A DNA stretch of 64,000 nt, from NCBI GenBank assembly GCA_964247055.1, contig OZ176055.1, positions 1,302,001 to 1,366,000 of the forward strand, written 5' to 3'. Source of the stretch: Paragordius varius. Its lineage: Eukaryota > Animalia > Nematomorpha. Positions 1 through 11,461 of this stretch are shown in pieces (within the stretch, counting starts at the first letter, position 1; each line of letters begins with the position of its first letter). Both the position numbers and the translations under genes were made by a program. The notes under the pieces are model-generated. The model was given only the letters and a program-made list of their open reading frames with translations. It was not told where the DNA came from and did not search any database.

Positions 1-1900
1 GAGAATTTGATTGAACCGTTTTATAGTATGAATCGAGGTTTGTAAAAGGTATTTCAATCTGACACATATTTCCATTGAAAGACAATTCATAGAGAAAATA
101 TGGAATTATGTGACTTATGGCATTTCGATTAATCAAAAGTTCACAAACTGTGCTTGAAGTTGAGGTTAAAACGCAGATTATATCACATATTTGGGAAATA
201 AAAATTTCTTCATGATGCTCAATATCAAAGAGCCAGGTATTTGTGTTGGTAATATATTCTAAATCAAATTCCGTCTTTTGCATGAAAACTACTATGCAAA
301 ATATAGCATTCAAAAGGTAAAGACTCAGGGTTTTTTCAGTCCAGTCCGATGATGGAGAAAATTGTTGAGCGACATTAGAGGAGTTGAGTATTTTTAGCAC
401 TATTTTCCAATCATCACAAGATTCTGCAATATTTGCATTCGGCGTAAGTATGAAAGAAAGTTTGAGATAGATTTTGCAAAAATTTGCTATATCATAATTT
501 TTTGGATCAGGATCAAGTTTATCACCATGTATATATTGTAGCAATTTATTGTAAATGACTGTTTTAAGTTGATTCAATAAAGGTATATAGTAATTTAATA
601 TTATCGAGTATTGTTTGACAATTGTTGCGATATTAGCCACAATATTATTGGCGCAAATTATATCTTTTGCAATATTATCAAGATGTGTTTCAATACATAC
701 GATCGCCTGATTGATGTCTAAATATGTTTATAGAAATAATAAAGCGTTCGAATTTTTATTTTTACAATAAATGACTTTTTCAGTTGTTTGAAAAATTATT
801 GTGCCCAAACAGTCATAAATCGGATTATTTATGTTTCCCACATAATATAAAATAGATTTATAAAGACATATCAAACCATTTTTTGCATTGTTTATCATTT
901 TTACTCTTTAATATTAGACATTTTACAATCCTATAATTAGAGATTTGACCGTAAACGAATAAATGAAAAAAATAATTTTAAGGTAGGATTTGGTTTGCGG
1001 TAACTGGCCAAAAAATTATCACGAATCAATACGCTTTTAAAAGTTAATTACGATAATAACAGGTCAAATCATACTTATCGTATATTTAAATAAAAGATAC
1101 TGGGGTTGATAATAATTTTGGGTTACTTATATTTATATTAACATATGTTCATAACTTTTATAACGGTTATATTTAAACAGTTACAGTTACGGTCATTAAT
1201 GCATTAGTAACCGGTGAATCCCGAAGGGTATACGTCAAAAATTTGAGCAATCATTAAAATTTAAACTACCTCCATAGTCTCCGGAATATATAGCAAACAT
1301 TGAATTATAGGATAGATAAATTAAATTTTCTACTATTGACATATTAAAGCCCAGATTATCGTATAATTCTTGAGTTATGTTAAACGTAATTTTTAATTTA
1401 ACCAATATTTTTGTAAACCAAAAAACTTTTTCGGTTAATTCTTTAAATTTTTCTGGTTCAAAAATGTCGTTTATGGGGATGTAAATTGATCCAACAATCG
1501 TGCTATATATCATGGTAAAAAGAAAGTAGTCTCCAAGATAAATTGCATTGTTTTCGGATTGTTGAGACTTTGTTAATTCAAGTATATGATTCCATAAAAT
1601 AGCATAAATATTTTTGAAAAAGAGCTTAATTTTATCATTTTCACACACCATATCTTTATAGGTCAGGAATATATATCGAACAATTTTAAGGACACATTCA
1701 TCATACCCCTAAAATATATTAAAAATCACTTGAGATATGGAATAACGCATTATTTTATATAACAGTGTTATAGTTTGATGTTTATTTAATTTTAATTTTC
1801 CATGCAATAGAGTTTGCATATTTTCTTCATAATTTTCTATAAAATCACTTTCTTTTATAGCATTAAGATCCTTAGCAGACAAATTTGAAGTTATCAACAT
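1..1900 (-). CDS. Unidentified protein-coding gene, 3' end runs off the window (exons 1900-1730, 1708-1270, 717-<1; >440 aa)
   Basis: ORFs 1709-1900 and 1235-1651 are in the same frame, separated only by a TAG that ends a 21-nt GT..AG segment (1729-1709). A phase-1 donor (GGA G|GTAGTT, 1269) joins a phase-1 acceptor (TTTAG|AC, 717). From 717 the frame is stop-free to base 1 (DINQAIVCIETHLDNIAK...YYKTVQSNS). No family motif recognised. Confidence 0.7.
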
Positions 1901-1976
1901 AGCGAATAAATTTTTTAGGCAGTATATTTTAAAATAAGCGGCGGGGTTATTTTATTCATACCTACAGCTAACTCAC
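1901..1976. promoter_or_regulatory. 76-bp head-to-head intergenic region, putative bidirectional promoter with a GC element (GCGGCGGGG, ~1938-1946)
   Basis: Divergent ATGs at 1900 (-) and 1977 (+); the only GC-rich motif in an AT-rich spacer. Confidence 0.55.
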
Positions 1977-4474
1977 ATGAATCAAACTCAGAAAAATCAG
2001 ATCACTTCGAAATTGAGAGAATTCAAGGATGAATGGGAAAAACAGCCTAAAAATATTGATAAATGTGGGAAATTGTTGCAGACTTTAAAGGTATATCCAA
2101 TAAAATTAAGATTTTTAAGAATCTGCTTTTTGCGCAAAATATTTATCCAACCGATAATGTAACACCAAACAAGCAAGATTTGTTACTTGCAAGTACCTTT
2201 GGACATAAATAATTTTAGGGGATATTTTGGAATATGGTGTGCAATGGAGTTTAGAGTCTCATGATTTGGTTGCTTTTGAACAGTATATGTGCAAGCTAAA
2301 AAATTATTATTTTGATTACAAGTTGTTTAATGCTCATATATCTTAGTGGTGTATTGCCAGAGTCTCCATTTTATAATGAAAATATTGGCCTTTATTTGCT
2401 TTTTTTACTGTGTCAAAACCGATTAGCCGAATTTCATTGCGTAAACTTTTAACAATTGAATCCTTTTCAATTTTGATTCATTAAATTACTAAAATTTTTG
2501 TTCACATAATTTAAGAATACATAATTATACAAAATTATATGATTGAGTTTTGGATGTCTAACGCTATTTTATGATTTAGTCGATGTGTATTTAATTACCA
2601 TTTTTTTAAAATGATAATGATTGTATAATAAATTTATTTTTTGTCAAGTAAAAAAAGTTTTATTTTGAAACTTTTTGATAATACCGATCTAAAACATCTT
2701 TTTGACTATTTTTTAGGAATTAGAGCTACTAAAACCTGAAGAATTGTTTACAAATCTATATGTTAAATTTCCTGTGATGATGGAACAATATTTGATGGAA
2801 GGAAGCTATAATAGCGTAAATTTTAACTAAATCTTGCATACTCTTTCTCAGATCTCTATAGTTTTTTATTAGTAATTCGGAATAGCTTTTATTTTTCAAT
2901 ATAAATAAAATTAATTTTGATAAAGTAACGCTACCCCAGTTTTTTGTTAAAAATGTATTTAAATAGATGAGGAAACCATATAATAAAAATAATTTATTTG
3001 CAAAGTTGTAAAAAAATAACCTTAATTTAAATCAACCGCAATTTCAGTTTTCGTTTCCGCTAAAAAATGGTTAAAATCTCTTTTTTTTCTTTATTGAAAT
3101 ATAGATTTTCATGGCTCGGGAATCGAGACCAGCCAATTCTTATACATTCTTCATTGAGATTTTACTCCATACTATCCGGTAAATTTATATCTCTTTGTAA
3201 AAAGTTACATTTTAAAATATATATACCATTTACAGTTCAAATTCACCCTTGAACAATTCAAATTCACCCTAAAAATAAATTATGTGTTTTCGAACTAATA
3301 TAACTCATTATTAATATAAAATATATCTTTATGGTATAATTAATTATTTTTTCAGTATTATTTTAATTTAATACAAAATTTTATTTTTTAAAAATATATT
3401 AAAATATAGGTCATTTTTAATCTTAAAAAATATGTTATTTATTTGAGGGTGAATTAGAATTGTTCAAGGGTGAATTTGAATTGTTTAAGGGTGAATATGA
3501 ACTGTACATGGTATATTTTAATTTTCATTCATTGATTAGTGATGACATTGGTGATTGTTTGGAAAAGGCTTACAGTTCCATTGGGATTAGAGATGCGGCA
3601 AAATTGTTATTTTTTAAGGATGAAAGGGATGCCGAATTTAAAAGTTATGTCGAAAAAGTAAGGCAAATCAATTTAAAATTGAATAAAAAATGTTTTTGAG
3701 GAGCGTGGGTTAATTATGAAATGGCGAATATGTTTTTTGTTCAACCAAAATAACGTTTATTTAAAAAGTAAAATTTGGTCTTTTTATAAAGATTATATTA
3801 TTTATAAAAATAATGTATTTGAATGCAACGATTCGATACCTTGTTAAAAACTATTTTTCTTTATATGATTGATCAACAAATTATTTTTATTGTCCAAAAT
3901 ATTATTAATATATAATGGCATATTTCATGTGCCACTTTTTTGATTAATATGAATATATATTATAAATTTTTATAAACCATGTATTTTGATGATCTTAATT
4001 TTATTATATATTTGGTCCTGATTGTTACATAAAAATTACAGTAAAAATTGTAGTTATACGGACAAAATGTAAAAATATAAAGATAAATCATTTTTTCGAT
4101 AAATATTTTTGAAATCTTGATTTTTTAAAATCTAACTTATTCTTTTAAACTGCAAAGTATTTAATACAGTAAATTTCTTACACGATCAATTATGTATTTT
4201 ACGATTGTAATTAAATATTTTTTTAGGATAATTGAAGGTTTAAAAAAGTATGGTTGTCCTTTGAATAAAATTATCTTTATATTTTAACATTTTTTTTCGC
4301 ATATAATATTTTTTTGCTTTTCAGAAAGCTTGGCCCATTCAAGGCAATATAATTAATTTTGGTGGCGATACGAAATCCATATTAGCTGGCACGAATTTGA
4401 GTGATAAATTGAAACCCTATGAACTCATGCATAATGCTTTGACGTATGCCAAAGAGCTAGAAAAGATTGTTTAA
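1977..4474 (+). CDS. PSMD8: 26S proteasome regulatory lid subunit Rpn12/PSMD8, ~274 aa (exons 1977-2090, 2120-2192, 2219-2321, 2347-2440, 2717-2815, 3105-3178, 3540-3657, 4325-4474)
   Basis: The spliced product matches PSMD8 motifs throughout: [79 protein letters not shown]. All junctions are GT-AG and phase-consistent (825 nt). Confidence 0.95.
3226..3511. mobile_element. MITE family A copy (TA-flanked, termini CCATTTAC...GTACATGG, ~20-bp subterminal repeats) in PSMD8 intron 6
   Basis: Inverted ends built of TTGAACAATTCAAATTCACCC units, TA on both sides; near-identical copies elsewhere in the window. Confidence 0.85.
4033..4305. mobile_element. MITE-like foldback (family H) in PSMD8 intron 7
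   Basis: Arms (AATTACAGTAAAAATT..ATACGGACAAAA and AAAAAGTATGGTTGTCCTTT) match the palindromic element at 42985-43287. Confidence 0.55.
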
Positions 4475-4859
4475 ATTTTATTTTTTTTGAACAAACAATA
4501 AATATAATTTAATATCTTTTTAGTATTTTTTTATTAAGATAATTTTAGTAGTTAATGGTTGGTTGTTTGGTTATTTATATTACTATATTTTTTTTATCTA
4601 AAACGTTATTTTACAGCAAAAATAAGACTAAATATAACTTTCGATCAGGCTTTTTGGCACGAACTCGAATTTTTGAATCCAAAAACTTATATTTATCATT
4701 AAAGTTTATTTAAAGATATTTTATAGATTCTTGTATCTTTATAATATATATATATATATATATAATAAAAAGGTTCTTCTTCTTTGGATATTTTATAAGT
4801 GTTTTACAAAAAGTTTTAAAATTAAATAATATATTTTATAAATTATTGATTTTTTTTGG

Positions 4860-6540
4860 ATATACGGTTCGAGCATGAGTCAAATCGAGATGTCGCTATT
4901 CGCGTTTATTTTCGCTTTAATCCCTTAGTTAGATTGGCTATGGTCTAATTTGGTATTTTAACAACTCGATTTATAATGTCAATCCATCGAGACTAAACAC
5001 ACGTCTTAATGCAATCGTTAATACAACTAAGCAGTTCTTTCAACTTGCTTCAGTGTTTCAGCTCTACAATTAAAACATAACTAATAATTCCACCATCCGT
5101 CTTTTGATCTTGGTAAAATCGGTTTTCTTTATGCAATATACTGCCCTGGTTCTAACGATTTTCACTGAAATTCAATGAATGACACCTCTTTTCCAAATGA
5201 TCTTATATACCCATGATAAATCAACTTCTAATTATCAATGTCCCCTAACGTTTGTGGACAATAATTGAGCCAATGGGCAGGTGATTTTTTATTCTCATAA
5301 ACTCCACGCTTGATAAGGGTTAAAAACTTCAATAAATACAAGTTGAAAGTCCTGTTAGTAGGTCCAACAGAAAATCCGCTAATACTTTTTTTAGAAACGC
5401 CTGTAATCGATAACTTTGGTTACTTTAGGCTTGAATCAAAGATATAGCCATAATATCTTGAGGATGCCTATAGCCAGTGTTTTGTTGCATAAAGTAAACC
5501 GATTATGTGCTAAGCTAACCTGTGCGATCAAGCAATAACACCAGCCTTTTGAATTCCATATCTCGACTTGATTTTTGGGTAAGCGAATGTCCCCAAATAC
5601 CAAGAGTTTCCATAATCCATATAATGTTCTCAGACATATTCATGGCATAAGCATAACCTGAGACAGATTGAAAGCTGAATTTCAGTAAAAATTAAAAAAA
5701 TGAAAATTAGATTGGAGACTTTATTGCGGCAGCTTAGGGCTAAATTGAGGTCTTCTATGTCTATGAGCAAGGAAATTGTTAACAATACTAAGGCGGATGT
5801 GAATAGGGTCTATAATTTTTAACGATTTTATCATGTATGCGGGTTTTTCACGCTTACCCAAGGTACCAGTTCCAAATCTCCATTGAATGGGAGGTAGGCT
5901 TCATAAGTTCGCTGTTGATTCTGTTACAGTGTCGGAGGAAAACTTAAAGTTGGAGCTAACTGTATATAAATTTTGTCTATAAATTGTTGGAAATCAAGAT
6001 AAATTAATATTAAAAATCTCTGTTGTTCACTTTCTTGCTTTCCAGGAAGGAAATGAAAGGAACCATAATGAAATATTAGCCTCGGTATACTGCTCAATGA
6101 AGTGTTATGTCGTAAATTTTAAGTCAAATTCTTTCATAATCAAGAAAATTAGGAAAAATAGCATAATCCCTCTCAAGTTGCTTTTTTCTTCAAATATATA
6201 ATAAGTCTATATGGTAAGTTGAAAACCACCAAAAAAAAGTCCACGAATTATCATTGTAAACGATTCATTCCATACCATGAATAAACAAGCTATCGTTTCA
6301 ATAAAATTCAACTTAGATCTAGCAAACCCATGAACGAAAACATAGGAGTATTTATATTATTGGGTTTAACATGTCTCTTAAAGGCTGATTAAAGATTCGA
6401 GGTTGATGGAACTTTAACAAAGATGATTCCATTTAAAAATCGTTACGGCCGAAAGAGCCTTAATAAAAAAATTTACTAAAAAAATAAAGGCGTGTATAAG
6501 CAAAAAATTCAAAACAAGATTACAAAGAAGTCAGGGCACA
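4860..6540 (-). pseudogene. Highly degenerate non-LTR retrotransposon (RT-like) remnant between PSMD8 and EEFSEC
   Basis: GC content is higher than the flanks. The minus strand gives interrupted RT-like words (KIVKNYRPY, ETLGIWGHSL, HPQD) among many stops and frameshifts. Confidence 0.3.
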
Positions 6541-6667
6541 TAATCAGCAGGGTATGAAGTTTATATTTGTTATAGATTATATTGAAACGGATAATCAGTT
6601 TAATTGATGTTAATATACTTACCAAAATATATCGCATACATATTGTATGTATAAATATAATTTATTA

Positions 6668-9099
6668 TTATATCGGATATATATTTTTGGTTGTTTCAAA
6701 CAAATATTTTTTAAACTTTAAAACGGCATATAAGTTGTAGTATATATGATTTGGGTCTGGTTCCGCCGTTGTGTGAGGAGGTATTAAATTGCATTGCGTT
6801 AAAATGGAATACATATTGGCATAACTGTTAATTTCTAACGTTTTAGCGTTTGAGTAAGGATCAGTGTTTAGCGTTTGAACCTTAAGTTTACCTGTTTGAC
6901 CAAATGTGCCTTCTATTATACCCCAAAAAACTGGATTGTTAGCTGTACAATTATCCTCATCAGTAATAAAAAGATTTGATTTAAAATTGGCACATAATTC
7001 ATCGATTTGATGTTGATTAGGTTTGTTTGAAACAGTTTTTAGATTATTATTATTATTGATTTTTTGAACGTAAAATGTGATTGGAAATTTTTTAGCATTC
7101 ATAATCAAATGTTGAATAATGTTTGATACGGCATTGGACGAAAACATATTACGGACACAAAGGACTGGTGCTGATAGGATGTTAAAATTTTCATTTGACA
7201 ATAATAAGGTTTTTGTGGCCCGTTTACCCATGGAATCATCCGTGAAGTTTAACACTTTTTCCACCATTCCAACTTTTGTTTTAATCTTTATAAAAAAAAT
7301 ATGAAAATTTAGTTTCGATTAATTAATTAAAATATATATGTAAGCGCAAAATTTCATATAAAACGAAAATGTATACAAAATATCCTAAATATTAGTGTTA
7401 AATAGCGGGAATTGTTATTTTTTAACGTAACATGTAAAAATTAGATATTGGTTAGTTCATAATTATTTTTTGTAAACTCTTAAACTGAAAGGTTAATTAT
7501 TTTGGATCAATCCAAACAAAAAACAACATAAATCTTGTAAAATAAATGCTTTTATTATATATTTAACCCATAATTCCAAAGAGATATTTTGGGATTTGAA
7601 TGTATATTAACTTATTATTTTAGTGTAGAAGCTGGTTTAAAATATAGCTAAAAAGTGATTGACATATAATAGCAAGTATAATGTGTATAATGCAATTGAA
7701 TTAAAGATCACATATCTAAATCAATGAATCCGTACTTTTAAACTATCATATTCCCAAATATTGGATAGCGATCTGCATTTTTTGATATTATGAAGGAAAT
7801 TTAATATCAGGGTGTGACATGCCAAGTTAAGCCTCTTTACCGAAACAATTATTCTTATTTAAAATTTTTAAAAATAATAGTTGCATATATATATATATAT
7901 CAGAATATGCCAAATTTTCATTAAAGTAATACATTCCTAATATAAAAATTTTAATATCTAATCTCTTGTACAAGGAAAAATTGAGTTGTGTTGTTACATA
8001 TCAAATTTCTATCGGTTTAATTTTTATAAGTTTAGCAATTGTCTTTTATTGCAATGTTATTGCATAAACTTTTTATTAGATATTTAACAGATCGAATCAA
8101 ACTAAATTCTTGTCTTAAAATCAATTTATAGTAAGGGAATGCAAAAGTTGAAATATTTAAAGTAACTTACTTTATATATCTTATGGTGGTATGTTTCCAT
8201 CAATTTTTTCATATCGCTATATGTTTCAATTATATGTCCCCAAAAAGCCAGGCGACACCGTGTTTTACGTGTTTCTGAAAATAATAAAAATATTTTTTAA
8301 ATAATAATTGCAAAAATTTATGTTTAATAAAATGGTTTCTCTTATTATATAAATATAGACCCTAAAATATCTATTAAATAGAACAGGTAATTTGTTTTAG
8401 AAAAAATTAAAAATGAAAATAGTTTATTTTTAATTAATTAGATTAGATATTAGATCTTCACAAGCAAAATATTATAACTTCATAAACACCTAATGTAAGG
8501 TTAAACAAAAGGTAAATTCAATATAAAAGCTATAAAATACTTTACAAAGTACGCGAAAAAATATTGTTTGGATTTAAAACAACCCAATTTTTTGTACGAA
8601 TTAAAGTAGTTTTCTACGCGCAAACCACATTATGATAACAAAATATTTCAGATTAAATAAAATAGTCAAATATTAAATACAAATAAATATATTTTAAATA
8701 ATTCATAGATTAGGCAAATATCAAAATCATTTGTTGTTTTATACTTGATTCCTGATCAGTTCTAGGGTTTGATTTAAGCGTAGTGGCTTCTGAATTTATA
8801 TTTAAATCTAGCCGTGAAGCTATATATAACATATCAGTGGAACATATTAATTCAGATTGAGATGCATGAACATTCGATGAAAATTCCAATATTGCACGGT
8901 ATTCTAAAATTTTAAATTGATGTTTTTAAAAAATGTTAAAATTTAGTGATTTCATATACGTGATTCAGCATAATAAAACAATATGAATTTGGCAGATGGT
9001 TGAATTTTTAATTATTAACAAATAAAATATTTATTAATTGAACTTATATTTTGATCATATAAGCTCAATCTTGATATCTGTGGTGAAAATGAAATTGAA

Positions 9100-9135
<36 letters not shown>

Positions 9136-11416
9136 AGAAAAAAGCAATTATAAGATTCTGGAATAATTGAATAAATTCTGTATACTAGTACATATAATGT
9201 AGTGGCTCTAATGGATTGTTAAAAGTTGTAAGTATTATATACCATTTACATTTCGAATTCACCCTTGAACAATTCAAATTGACCCTAAAAATAAAATATG
9301 TGTTTTCAAACTAATATAACTCATTATTAATATGAAATATATCTTTATGGCATAGTTTATTATTTTTTCAGTAATATTTTGATTCAAAACAAAACTTTTA
9401 AAAATATTGGTTTTAATCTTAAAATACATATATTTTATTTGAGGGTGAATTTATATTGTTTGAGGGTGAATTTCAATAGTTTAAGGGTGAATTCAAATTG
9501 TTCAAGGGTGAATTTGAATTGTAAATGGTAATTAAACAATATAAAATGATTATGATTATGTTGTTATTGTGTTATAAAACAAACAGTATATCAAAAGGCA
9601 CATAAATCTAATTCTGGCCTAGCAGAACACGTCTGCAACAAAGGTCAACCAAAAAAACAAAAGTGTTACACAATATCGAAAACCTCTTTAAAGGATTAAT
9701 TCTAGCTATAAGCAATAGTAATAAAAAAGAATAATGCTCTACTTAACAGAGCTGATGAATACAATCAATCTTATGTTTTATTGCTTAACAACACACTATT
9801 GTTTAATATAATTAGACCACTTTGAACAAGTACACGCACCGAAAAAATTTCAATTATTCCTATAATAGCTTTTTACTGGTATATATATATATATATATAT
9901 ACCAGTTCAGTTTCATTTTCACTACTGTGATCAAGATTATGCTAACATGATCATAAGTACTATTAATAAATATTTTTTTGTTAATAATTGAAAATTCAAC
10001 CGTCTGCCAAATTCCTATTAATTTTTAAAATATTTGAAACAATTTAAAAGACGAAAAAATAAACAATAAAACGTAAAAGTGATGACATATTCAAAAATGG
10101 CAACCATATTTACGTAAGGAATTGAGATGTACATGAGTTAACACAAAATTATATAATTTAAAATTGTTAAAGTTTTATTTCTACAAAAATCAAGGCTTTA
10201 AAAGTATGGTGGTCTTTTTTTAAAAAAATAATATACTTTAAAATTTACATTCTGTATTATATTTAATGTATTTTATTTATTTATTAAAATTAAAAAAAAC
10301 CTGGGCTATCGCTGTTTGAATTGTCCGTTTGTGGGTTTAGAGATTTAATGTACAAGTAATTGCTAAAAGGTTAATTAAAAAGGATATATAGTATAGTATA
10401 AATTTACATGAGTAGTTAATCTAATAGATTTTGTAAAAAGGTGAAGAAATAATTTATTACTAAAAGTTGTATGTTAAACTTTGAATAAATCCAATTTACA
10501 TCTAATATCATCGATTGATGACATATTTCTCACTTTCATACGCAGAAAAATTTTTCCTCAAAAGATTTAAAATAATCATTTTGGAACAAAATTCTAAACA
10601 GTTAGTTCAAAAAATATAATAAAACCTATAAAACAAAAAAATTAATCCAGTTAATATAAAACAAATATAAAAGTAATAAAGAGATAAACCATATTATTGA
10701 CATCATGAAATCGTAATTTAAATTATTATGCTAACATAAATTTATATTTTTTCGACATTGACCAAATAAAGACCCCCCCCCTATTAACATTGAATGGATC
10801 TTTATTCTAGAAAACTTCTATTTTTGGTTATGTTTGGTTAGAAGTCAAAAATGTAAAATACAGTAGCACATGATTTAAAACGGCAAATGGTTGAAATTAA
10901 ACATTGTTACCCTCTATTTAATTAATACTGATTTTATTGGCTATATAATTTTAAAAAAAAACTAAATTTTTAACCATATGCTACTGTAAAGGTGCTTTTT
11001 AATTTTATTCCCATAAAAATTAAATCTAAGATATGTAAATTTTAAATAAAGTGAAATTCGGACCTATAATAAAAAAAATTTATTATCTCCCAAAGTCAAA
11101 TTGATTATTCAAGCTTTTAGTATTTTAAAAGAGTCAATATTATATGCAATTTTTAAATTCAATAGTATATTTATATTCAGAAGAGTATAAAAAATCGTTA
11201 TATTGATATAAATAATTAAAAAGACTTTAAATTGAACAATTTTCAAAAACTGGGCAAATTTATAAAGCTATATACTTTTTATCGTTTCCCGTTGGGGAGA
11301 ATAGGGTAATTTTAGCCGTCAAAGTGGTATGTCCCACAGTTATATGATATTTATTTCCTGACTCAATCGCTCCTATAATAAGTCAAAATAAATATTAATA
11401 TTTATTTAAAACACTT

Positions 11417-11461
<45 letters not shown>

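Noticed and set aside
7119-7304. Opposite-strand ORFs overlapping real exons (also 12635-12865, 30339-30560, 32402-32653, 32601-32843, 42298-42531, 54959-55195)
   Set aside because: Shadow frames of EEFSEC, BCS1, HMGCS, the His-rich gene and the BTB gene.
10542-10593. Candidate EEFSEC exon ILFQNDYFKSFEEKFFC
   Set aside because: Ends in phase 0 and cannot join the next exons in frame.
11250-11275. A 26-nt GT..CAG segment after EEFSEC exon 8 that, if spliced, puts an in-frame TGA two codons later (tempting as a Sec codon in the Sec factor itself)
   Set aside because: A TAA follows seven codons after the TGA and no homologous sequence is gained; exon 8 joins in phase to exon 10362-10301 instead. 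At most a minor NMD isoform.
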